This document shows, piece by piece, positions 36,020-48,900 of a stretch of 64,000 nt of DNA. The notes beneath the pieces are model-generated. The model searched no databases and was not told the origin of the DNA. It was given only the letters and a program-made list of their open reading frames with translations. Made by a program: the position numbers and the translations under genes. The stretch is from Macrostomum lignano. Taxonomy: Eukaryota. Within the stretch, counting starts at the first letter, position 1. Each line of letters starts with the position of its first letter. The DNA lies in NCBI GenBank assembly GCA_002269645.1, contig NIVC01000013.1:1054001-1118000 (forward strand), given 5' to 3'.

Positions 36020-39000
36020 CTGCAAATTGGGGGGGGTGTGAGAAGTTTTTTAATCCTGCAAAAAGCGTTTTACGATACATATCGGATGAACGCATTATAT
36101 AAGTTATACGACAAAATATTGTATTTTCGATGCATATCGGCAGAATTCCTAATATTTTCGATACATATCGGCAAATATAAAAAATATTGTGAATATATGC
36201 AATGCGAAGACAGGATTGTAAGCTTCATGCAGGAGATTTACGTGGACTTCAAAATGCATTATTTAAATGCACTTTAATTGTCGGCTTTCGTACCAGACAG
36301 TAAATATTCCGTTTTTTAAAAAGTACATCAACACTCACCAATCCATCTTTCAGCGAGCTGACTCGCTTGGCCACGATTCTGTCAGCATACTCTGGCGCGG
36401 GAATCCACTGGACTGAGGGCACAATGTTCACCGATGTGCACAGCATGTGGTCCTGAGGGGGCAGCGGATTGTTAATGATATTGACAGATAGAGACAATAT
36501 GACACTAGCACAGACACTAGCACAGACACTAGGACAGATAGACACTAGCACAGATACTAGGACAGACACTGGGACAGACACTAGCACAGACACTAGGACA
36601 GACACTGGGACAGACACTAGGACAGACACTAGGACAGACACTAGGACAGACACTGGGACAGACACTAGGACAGACACTAGGACAGACACTGGGACAGACA
36701 CTAGGACAGAAACTAGGACAGACACCAGGACAGACACTAGGACAGACATCAGGACAGACACCAGGACAGACACTAGGACAGCCACTAGGACAGACACTAG
36801 CGCAGGCACTAGGACAGCCACTAGGACAGACACTAGCACAGACACTAGGACAGACACTAGGACAGACACTGGGACAGACACTAGGACAGACATCAGGACA
36901 GACACCAGCACAGACACCAGGACAGACACTAGCACAGACACCAGGACAGACACTAGGACAGACATCAGGACAGACACCAGGACAGACACTAGGACAGCCA
37001 CTAGGACAGACACTAGCACAGGCACTAGGACAGCCACTAGGACAGACACTAGCACAGACACTAGGACAGACACTAGGACAGACACTAGCACAGACACTAG
37101 GACAGACACTAGGACAGACACTAGGACAGACACTAGGACAGACACTAGGACAGACACTAGCAAAGAAAATAGGACAGACACTGGGACAGACACTAGGACA
37201 GACACTAGGACAGACACTAGGACAGACACTGGGACAGACACTAGCACAGACACTAGGACAGACACTGGGACAGACACTAGGACAGACACTAGGACAGACA
37301 CTGGGACAGACACTAGGACAGACACTAGGACAGACACTAGCACAGACACTAGGACAGACACTAGGACAGACACTAGGACAGACACTAGGACAGACACTGG
37401 GACAGACACTAGGACAGACATCAGCACAGACACCAGGACAGACACTAGCACAGACACCAGGACAGACACTAGGACAGACATCAGGACAGACACCAGGACA
37501 GACACTAGGACAGACATCAGGACAGACACCAGGACAGACACTAGGACAGCCACTAGGACAGACACTAGCACAGGCACTAGGACAGACACTAGCACAGACA
37601 CTAGGACAGACACTGGGACAGACACTAGCACAGACACTAGGACAGACACTGGGACAGACACTAGGACAGACACTAGGACAGACACTGGGACAGACACTAG
37701 GACAGACACTAGGACAGACACTGGGACAGACACTAGGACAGACACCAGCACAGACACCAGGACAGACACTAGCACAGACACTAGGACAGACACCAGCACA
37801 GACACCAGGACAGACACTAGCACAGACACCAGGACAGACACTAGGACAGACATCAGGACAGACACCAGGACAGACACCAGGACAGACACCAGGACAGACA
37901 AAAGGACAGACACTGGGACAGACACAAGCACAGACACTAGGACAGACACCAGGACAGACACCAGGACAGACACCAGCACAGTCGCTGGGACAGGCGCAGG
38001 CCCGCAGACCTCAACAAAGGTGTACTTGTAGGCCACGGTGACGAAGGCCAGCCGCAGCGGTTCCATCCTGGCCGACAGCTCGCCCAGGCGGCACACAACC
38101 GGCAGGCAGCGGGTGTTGCCACAGGTGTAGGTAAAATTGAACCGGTGCCGCCTGGTGCACTGAGCAGCCGACGGCGTAGCAACAGAATCTGGCTGGCCTT
38201 CATCAGTCAGCGGGCCGGGAGTCTGGCCAGCTGATGCCGCAATTCCAGTTGCTAAGCTGACAGGTACAATTCGAGTTGCTGCCGACCCGGCAGTCCTTGG
38301 AGAAGCCGTCGCGGCCTCGGCTGCACCGGCGGCGGCAAAGGCGTCGACGCTGTCCGGCTTGAGTTGGAGCGGGTTGAGCACCCCGGCCACTTGATCGGCG
38401 TCGCAGGTGACCTCGGTTGCCGCGGTGGCGTTGTTTGACTTGGAGCCTCGAACTGCGATGTAGGGCAGAGTCTGCCAGTAGGTGAGGTACTTGCCGTGCT
38501 GCTCCCCAGGCTCCGGTCGAGTCTCCAGAGGCCAGTGCAGCACCACGTAACTGACTGGCAGGTAGGCTCCGGCCTGACTGCTCAGGGTCACTGACAGGCG
38601 TGGGAACTGCCTACTCAACTTGTAGGCGGAACCGTCGAACGCGTTGAAACCGACCGAGCGTTGGTTATAATAGACGGTGCTCTCGGTGAACAGCGACTCC
38701 AAGGTCACGGATACTGCCGTGCGAACGCCGGCGCTCAGACTCGCCCGGGTTCGACTCCCAGTCGGAGATATTCGGCTTCGACTGTTGTAATTTTTTGTAA
38801 CATTTTTGGAAAAAAAATTAGTTAGAAAAACTTTGATTGCTACTTTTAGTAGAGTAGTTTGAAAGTAAGTTTAGATTTTATCAGAAAAGAAAATAAGAAG
38901 AACGAAAAACATATATAAGTTCATTATTTGGGCCATTTTGTGTTCATCTCGACACAAAGCGTCCTTTTTTTAGGAGCGTCCTAAAAATTAGGTCTAGTTA

Positions 39001-39820
39001 AATTTAGGTCCAGTGAAATTTAGGTCCAGTGAAATTTAGGCCTAGTGAAATTTAGGTCTAGTGAAATTTAGGTCTAGTGAAATTTAGGTCTTTTTGTAAA
39101 AGCGCTTCAGATTTCTGAGGAAAATTTGATACTAAATTAATAAGTAAAAAGCCACGACAGAAACCATATATAGAGTAAACTATGCAAGAACAAAGCCAGA
39201 GAGACTGAAATAGAGAAAATATTTCTATGACTTCAAGCTAGCTGCGGCTCTCAGCAAACAGCTCATATAGTTTCAGCCACTGCTGTGCGAGTTCGGCTCT
39301 CCCCTTCTCTTTGAGAGCAAAAACACATACAGCAAAGCTACACAGAGAGACAGGCTCAATTAATTTTCTAGAAACTCTTCCTTTCTTCTATTCCGTTCTT
39401 CATTCTACCGTATTTTTATTAAACAAGAATATATCGGTTAGGGGTTTATATAACCCGTACATATCATTATGGATGTACTTCTAGTTTGACTTCTATAATA
39501 TATATAAATATATGCGTTCAGGTGCACCATAACGTTGGACTAAATTCTTGGCAACGCCAGCTATACCTAGCTACATACAACTGTATAATACTTGTGCATT
39601 TAAACAGTGACTTTTCAGTGTTTTCTGAGTTTTAATATCTATTAATTATTGCTTTGGCGCCTGCTGACGACTCTCCCACTACGGCGCCTTTTGACTCTCT
39701 TTTTGGCGCCTGCTGACGACTCTCCCACTACGGCGCCTTTTGATTCTCTTTTTGGCGCCTTCTGACTCTCTCTATGGCGCTTTCTTACTTTCTCTATAGC
39801 GCCTTCTCTCTCTCTCTCTT

Positions 39821-39914
<94 letters not shown>

Positions 39915-39935
39915 CTCTCTTTCTCTTTCTCTTTC

Positions 39936-39993
<58 letters not shown>

Positions 39994-42900
39994 AGCATAC
40001 AATATCTTGTTGCATCATGCCACAGGCTCACATACAGGCAGTCAAAATATATCACAAACACTCGAGCTGCCTCTGCACTGCACTGCAATATACGAGGCCG
40101 CAAAAAAAGCAAAAAAGCCTATTAATCACGGGGACAAACTGCGCAGGTTGGGCATGCAAGGTGCAAGTCACTGGAAGATAACAGAAAAAAATGAAGAATC
40201 AAAATGATAAACGATGAAGTGGTTGGGCCTGGCTAAAGGGGTCTTCCGGTTCAGTTGAGATAAGAGACGCGTAGGTGGGACGCAGATATGATTCAACTGA
40301 TTGTCCAGTGACAAACGAAGGAATGATTGACAGGTGTGCAGAGAGGAAATAGCTCTTACGGATAGAAGAGAAATAAGATTTAATGCAGACAATCGCTCAA
40401 AAATCACGTAGCAGATAAGAATATGAACATGACAAACGGCCAGACAATCGAGCAGATACTGAGTCAGACACTAAGAACAACAAAAACAGACACTATAAGA
40501 CAGACACAACAGGCAGTATAAGACAGACACAACAGACACTATAAGACAGACACAACAGGCACTATAAGACAGACACAACAGGCAGTATAAGACAGACACA
40601 ACAGGCACTAAAAGACAGACACAACAGACACTATAAGACAGACACAACAGAAACTATAAGACAGACACAACAGGCACTACAAGACAGACACAACAGACAC
40701 TATAAGACAGACACAACAGACACTATAAGACAGACACAACAGACAGAATTAGACAGACACAACAGACAGTATAAGACAGACACAACAGACAGTATAAGAC
40801 AGACACAACAGACAGTATAAGACAGACACAACAGACACTATAAGACGGACACAACAGACACTATAAGACAGACACAACAGACAGAATTAGACAGACACAA
40901 CAGACACTATAAGACAGACACAACAGACACTATAAGACAGACACAACAGACAGAATTAGACAGACACAACAGACACTATAAGACGGACACAACAGACACT
41001 ATAAGACAGACACAACAGACACTATAAGACGGACACAACAGACACTATAAGACAGACACAACAGACACTATAAGACAGACACAACAGGCACTATAAGACG
41101 GACACAACAGACACTATAAGACAGACACAACAGACAGAATTAGACAGACACAACAGACACTATAAGACAGACACAACAGGCACTATAAGACAGACACAAC
41201 AGGCACTATAAGACAGACACAACAGGCACTATAAGACAGACACAACAGACAGTATAAGACAGACACAACAGACACTATAAGACAGACACAACAGACACTA
41301 TAAGACAGACACAACAGACACTATAAGACAGACACAACAGACAGTATAAGACAGACACAACAGACACTATAAGACAGACACAACAGACACTATAAGACAG
41401 ACACAACAGACAGTATAAGACAGACACAACAGACAGTATAAGACAGACACAACAGACACTATAAGACAGACACAACAGACACTATAAGACAGACACAACA
41501 GACACTATAAGACAGACACAACAGACACTATAAGACAGACACAACAGACAGTATAAGACAGACACAACAGACAGTATAAGACAGACACAACAGACACTAT
41601 AAGACAGACACAACATACTCTATAAGACAGACACAACAGACAGCATTAGACAGACACAACAGACACTATAAGACAGACACAACAGACACTATAAGACAGA
41701 CACAACAGACACTATAAGACGGACACAACAGACAGTATAAGACAGACACAACAGACACTATAAGACAGACACAACAGACAGTATAAGACAGACACAACAG
41801 ACACTATAAGACAGACACAACAGGCACTATAAGACAGACACAACAGACACTATAAGACAGACACAGCAGGCACTATAAGACAGACACAACAGACAGTATA
41901 AGACAGACACAACAGACAGTATAAGACAGACACAACAGACACTATAAGACAGACACAACAGACACTATAAGACAGACACAACAGACACTATAAGACAGAC
42001 ACAACAGACACTATAAGACAGACACAACAGGCACTATAAGACACACAACAGACACTATAAGACAGACACAACAGACACTATAAGACAGACACAACAGACA
42101 CTATAAGACAGACACAACAGACACTACAAGACAGACACAACAGGCACTACAAGACAGACACAACAGGCACTATAAGACACACAACAGACACTATAAGACA
42201 GACACAACAGACACTATAAGACAGACACAACAGGCACTATAAGACAGACACAAACCCGAACTTCAAGCTATAACTACAAGCATCAAGACAGAGCAAAAAG
42301 AATATCAAATAAACCGAGAAGGCGGCAGTCTCGCAAGACAGAAGCAGACAAAATGAAAGCAAATGGCTTACGTAATCACGGCAAAGTCAAATCCAACCTG
42401 GGCCATGTCAGGCCCCACAGCGAACGGTTTGAAGAGCAGGCGAGCTTCAACGCTTCGCCCGTCGGGTCTGACCGGGTTGCCAATTAGCAGGGACTCGGTG
42501 TAGTTGGCGGCGGACTGCAATTATTTTAATACGGCGTGCCATCATGGTGACGAGGGCTATTATAACATAGTGCAACATTTTGATAGAATCAACGTGTACA
42601 CTGATAAGCTTTTTATCAGTGTACCATAGCAGTGACACTTAGTTATTGTTTTTCACCCAAGCCTTCTCACTCTTAGCCACTCTACTTCTCACTCTACCAT
42701 CTCTACTTCTCGCTCTACTCTTCTCTACTTCTCACTACGATCCCTCTACTTGTCTCTCTACCCTCTCTACTTCTTCCTCTATCCTCTCTAATTCTCACTC
42801 CATCCTCTCTACTTCTCACTCTGCCCTCTCTACTTTTCACTCTATCCTCTCTACTTCTCTCTCTACCCTCTCTACTTCGCACTCCATCCTCTCTACTTCT

Positions 42901-45900
42901 CACTCTGCCCTCTCTACTTCTCACTCTATCCTCTCTACTTCTCTCTCTACCCTCTCTACTTCTCACTCCATCCTCTCTACTTTTCACTCTACCGCTTCTA
43001 ATTCTCCCTCTATACAGACACAGCAGTGGGAATATTATTCTTCCCTCTTATCTCTACTTCTCACTAAACCCTATCTACTTCTCACTCTACCCTATTTACT
43101 TCTCACTCCACCCTATCTACTTCTCACTCTACTCTTTCAACTTCTTACTCTTTCTGCACCTTTCTACATTTTCCCCTCGGTTCCTGTCGTTTCTCGCACT
43201 TGAATTACGAGCTAGTTTAGAACAATTCTAGTTTAAATTGCAAATACTCAAGCAGTCAAGAACCAAACGGCTTATGAATCGTCAATGAAATTTACCTGAC
43301 CCAAATAATATCCAAAGCTGTTTTTGCTGAGATATTTTTTTCTAAGCGCTCGACCTACGTACGTCCTACAGTCATGCAAAACAGCCTACATGCAGCTATG
43401 CACTGTGTCTGTACCGTTCTAAACTGCTAAGATATTTGCGCACTTTTTCATTGTGCCAAACTATATAATTTATGATCAATATAAATAAGAAATTAATTCG
43501 TCACTTTTTTGCTAACAAAAAACTGAGCACATTTTAAATGCAAAGAAAGAGTGAGAGGGTAATGGCTAGAGTGAGAGGGAGATGGCTATAGTGAGAGGGA
43601 GATGGCTAGAGTGAGAGGGAGATGGGTAGAGTGAGAGGGAGATGGCTAGAGTGAGAGGGAGATGGGTAGAGTGAGAGGGAGATGGCTAGAGTGAGAGGGA
43701 GATGGGTAGAGTGAGAGGGAGATGATGGGTAGAGTGAGAGGGAGATGGCTAGAGTGAGAGGGAGATGGCTAGAGTGAGAGGGAGATGAGTAGAGTGAGAG
43801 GGAGATGGCTAGAGTGAGAGGGAGATGGCTAGAGTGAGAGGGAGATGGCTAGAGTGAGAGGGAGATAGCTAGAGTGTGAGGGAGATGGGTAGAGTGAGAG
43901 GGAGATGGCTAGAGTGAGAGGGAGATAGCTAGAGTGTGAGGGAGATGAGTAGAGTAAGAGGGAGATGGCTAGAGTGAGAGGGAGATGGCTAGAGTGAGAG
44001 GGAGATAGCTAGAGTGAGAGGGAGTCGGCTAGAGTGAGAGGGAGATGGGTAGAGTGAGAGGGAGATGAGTAGAGTGAGAGGGAGATGGCTAGAGTGAGAG
44101 GGAGATGGCTAGAGTGAGAGGGAGATGGCTAGAGTGAGAGGGAGATGGCTAGAGTGAGAGGGAGTCGGCTAGAGTGAGAGGGAGATGGGTAGAGTGAGAG
44201 GGAGATGAGTAGAGTGAGAGGGAGATGGCTAGAGTGAGAGGGAGATGGCTAGAGTGAGAGGGAGATAGCTAGAGTGTGAGGGAGATGGGTAGAGTGAGAG
44301 GGAGATGGCTAGAGTGAGAGGGAGATGTCTAGAGTGAGAGGGAGATGGGTAGAGTGAGAGGGAGATGAGTAGAGTGAGAGGGAGATGGCTAGAGTGAGAG
44401 GGAGATGGCTAGAGTGAGAAGGAGATGGGTAGAGTGAGAGGGAGATGGGTAGAGTGAGAGGGAGATAGCTAGAGTGAGAAATAGATGGGTAGAGTGAGAG
44501 GGAGATGGCTAGAGTGAGAAGGAGATGAGTAGAGTGAGAGGGAGATGAGTAGAGTGAGAGGGAGATGGGTAGAGTGAGAGGGAGATGGGAAAAGAGAGAG
44601 GGAGATGGGTAGAGTGAGAGGGAGATGGGTAGAGTGAGAGGGAGATGGGAAAATAGAGAGGGAGATGGGTAGAGTGAGAGGGAGATGGGTAGAGTGAGAG
44701 GGAGATGGGTGGAGTGAGAGGGAGATGGGAAAAGAGAGAGGGAGATGGGTAGAGTGAGAGGGAGATGGGAAAATAGAGAGGGAGATGGGTAGAGTGAGAG
44801 GGAGATGGGTAGAGTGAGAGGGAGATGGGTGGAGTGAGAGGGAGATGGCTAGAGTGAGAAGGAGATGAGTAGAGTGAGAGGGAGATGAGTAGAGTGAGAG
44901 GGAGATGGGAAAAGAGAGAGGGAGATGGGTAGAGCGAGAGGGAGATGGGTAGAGTGAGAGGGAGATGGGTGGAGTGAGAGGGAGATAGGTAGAGTCGAGT
45001 GAAAGGGAGATGGGTAGAGTGAGAGGGAGATGGGTAGAATGAGAGGGAGATGGGTAGAATGAGAGGGAGATGGGTAGAATGAGAGGGAGATGGGTAGAAT
45101 GAGAGGGAGATGGGTAGAATGAGAGGGCGATGGGTAGAGTGAGAAGGTCATCAATTCTAAGAAAGCGCGCGGTCTCACCCGAAATTCCGATGAGGTGGAC
45201 TTCTCCAACGAGGACGTCAGCGAGAAGGCCTCAGAGTTGTAGCTCACCAACAGGTAGGCACCGTAGGCTGGCTCGTCTGACACAGCGATTCGACATTTCA
45301 CTTCGACAGGCGTCGCTCTGGAGTCTACCAGGATCTCTAGGGAGCCGGTGTCCGCTTGCCTGCGTTGGGGAAATGAGATGAGATGGAAATGAGATGAAGG
45401 GAGATAAGATAAAGGGAGATGAGATGAAAAGAGCTTACCTAGTAATGTTGGACTCGCAATCCAGGGTCACAGTTGTTTGGCACCAGCTCTCACGGCAGCC
45501 ATGATTCCATTTCATCTGATAATATGATCAATATTTGAGTATATTATTAGTATTATTAGAGTTAGCACAAAGGTCGCTGCTGAGGAAATCACTGTAGTTC
45601 CAACTCCCTCTAAATCTACCTGAATTCTATTATCTACCTCTATCCTCTCACACTCTATCTACCTCTACCCTCTCACACTCTATCTACCTCTACCCTCTCA
45701 CACTCTATCTACCTCTACCCTCTCACATTCTATCTACCTCTACCCTCTCACATTCTATCTACCTCTACCCTCTCAAACTCTATCTACCTCTACCCTCTCG
45801 CACTATATCTACCTCTACCCTCTCGTACTATATCTACCTCTACCCTCTCGCACTATATCTACCTCTACCCTCTCGCACTATATCTACCTCTACCCTCTCG

Positions 45901-48900
45901 CATTATATCTACCTCTACCCTCTCGCACTATATCTACCTCTACCCTCTCGCATTATATCTACCTCTACCCTCTCGTACTATATCTACCTCTACCCTCTCG
46001 CACTATATCTACCTCTACCCTCTCGCACTATATCTACCTCTACCCTCTCGCACTATATCTACCTCTTCCCTCTTCTACTCTATCTACCTCTCGCACTTTA
46101 CCTACCTCTATCCTAGCCTCTTATCTACTTCTCCCGTCTCCATCTACCCCCATTCCCCTCGCACTCACCTCGCTCAGCCTGAACCGAGTCCCCTCCTGAC
46201 TGCCGATGCCCCTGATCAGCGGTGCCGATCTGAGAGTCACCCTGGAGTCTAACGGTCTGACCCCATCGCTCCGAGGCTTCGGCGATCGGTTCCACCAGGC
46301 CGCCTCGATCAGCAGCGGGCTGTCCGTGTCCGATTCGGGACTCTGCGCGATAGCCGGGTTTTTTTAGTCACGTGATAAATAAATTTAAATAAATGGTTTC
46401 TTAGAAAACAGTCACTTTCAATTAATTTGCTTGGTTGTTTTATTTCCTGTAAAAGTTGGATTTTCTAAGAAATTTAAGAGACAAAAATATAGTATTTTAT
46501 TTGCTTACTGAATTGAAGTTTTTCTCCATAGGAAAGTCAATTATCAATATACAACACTCTCTAATGCACCCTGCAGATCAATACAGCATAAATAAGACTG
46601 GCTATGCAATAAAAAAGCTACAAGCACTGAACCGAAACACATGCAGTGACCGTGACTAATAGTTTATTTTTTTACTGCTCAGAGTGTTAGGGTTTTTAAC
46701 TCAGAAAAAATACGAGCTAGAGTATTCATTTGTACGAGTTACAAGTATTAAAGTTACAAATTATGAAAATGTTTTGTTGCTAGGAAGCTATTAGTGAATA
46801 ACTAGGGACAGAACTATTGGGTTGCTAGGGTCGCTACTATTGGGTTGCTAGGTAGGGACACTACTATTGGGTTGCTAGGTAGGGACACTACTATTGGGTT
46901 GCTAGGTAGGGACACTACTATTGGGTTGCTAGGTAGGGACACTACTATTGGGTTGCTAGGAACGCTACTATTGGGTTGCTAGGGTCGCTACTATTGGATT
47001 GCTAGATAGGGACGCTGCTATTGGATTGCTAGGGACGCTACTATTGGGTTGCTAGGTAGGGACACTACTATTGGGTTGCTAGGGACGCTACTATTGGGTT
47101 GCTAGGATTGCTACTATTGGGTTGCTAGGGTCGCTACTATTGGGTTGCTAGGATTGCTACTATTGGGTTGCTAGGGACGCTACTATTGGGTTGCTAGGAT
47201 TGCTACTTTTGGGTTGCTAGGGTCGCTACTATTGGGTTGCTAGGATTGCTACTATTGGGTTGCTAGGGTCGCTACTATTGGGTTGCTAGGGACGCTACTA
47301 TTGGGTTGCTAGGGAAGCTACTGTCGAGTTGCTAGGGCTACCATTGTTTCGTTTTTGGCGCCAACGTCAGTTGCCAAGGAGGTACTCACCACTCCAGCCG
47401 TGTACACCAAGTTCAGTGTGTACAACTGCGGTGTGCCAGAAGACAATCGCAACGTATTGTTCGGTCCGAGGCCTTGTGCGGCAAATCTGCCATTGCCATT
47501 AGGCGAAACTGCTGTATCGATGAAGAACTGCAGATCTACTGAGTAGGTCGGCTTCTCTGAGTCAGTTTTAAATAGACTGTCGCTGAAATACGAAATTTAA
47601 TCAATACTACTCGTATACTCGTATTTCTTAGAAATCGCGATGGGATTCAACATAATTAAAGTCCTAAGAAATTTATTATCTAGGAAATCTCGAGTTTATT
47701 GTTTACCCGGACTTGTTTTCTAAGAAATCCACCAATTCGATACTTTCGTTACGTGATCGTGTTTTCTAAGAAATCTCCTAATCCGCAAATTTCTTTTTAA
47801 GGTTAGTTTCTTGAAAATCTCCCTGTTGGTTTACTAAAAACGAAAAAATATTTTTTCTTCTTTAATTCGAGGATCTTGGAAACCTAAGCAATTATTACTG
47901 CAATTTCATGCTTCATGTTTTCGAAGAATTCTCCTAAGTCCTAACCTGTTAGTTCCTTTTCCGGGTTGGTTGCGTTAGAAATCTACTTATCCTTTGTTGT
48001 CGAGTTGGTTTTCTAAGAAATCTACCAGTCGTCTAGTTTCAAGTTTGTGAGCTGATTTTCTAAGAAATCACTATATCTCCTGTATTGAAACCTAAAAACA
48101 ATTGCATTGGAAAACGTCTCACTTCTGCTGTGTGAAATTCAGCCAAACTCTCAATCTCAAAACACCCGGCGGCGAAGTTCCGTCCAGCGGCAGCCCCGGA
48201 TCGACGCCGCCTTCTCCAATGGCCAATCGGACAACGTAGCGCGCCGGATAAAAGTACACGGCGCCAGGACCGTGCCTTGGGGCGCCAATCATCAAGTCGG
48301 GATAGCCGCTGCCATCGAAGTCCGCTCCCTTAGATAAGGATTCGCCGAAGCCGTTAGCGACAGTGTTGATTAGTGTCTGCGAATGGCGCGGTCGGCCGTC
48401 GGCGGCGCCCCGGTAGATTAGGACGGCGCCGCCGCCTCGTGTTAACGGGGCGCCGATAGCAAAATCGGCGTAGCCATCTAAATCGACATCGCCTAAATTG
48501 GCCAGACTCCAGCCGAGCCACAGTTCACTGGAGGAGGCCGCACTGCAGATGACGGATTCTGGACTGTCCGGAGCCGCCGTGGCGCACGATGGAAATTCCA
48601 AGCGATGATCGGCTAAGCTGGGCAGGTACTGATTTAGTGGGTTATGAAGTTGTTATCAGTTGGATTCCGAATACAGAGTTAGGATTGTGTACAGTCTGCT
48701 ATTAAAAATCATTTAGGGTTTTGCCTTTGGGCTAGAGAAGATCGTACGAGTGCATCTACACGGGGTGGGTAGGGTTAATAGGGGTTGAATGGCCTAGAGA
48801 AGATAGTATGTACACTGTGGGGGTTGGGGTTAGGGGTTGAACTTGAATGGACTAGAGAAGATCGTGTGTACATTGGGGGTTGGGGTTAGGAGTTGAATAG

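Noticed and set aside
38748-38758. B-box-like GGTTCGACTCC suggesting a tRNA
   Set aside because: Lies antisense within integrin exon 11; no A box and an imperfect T-stem.
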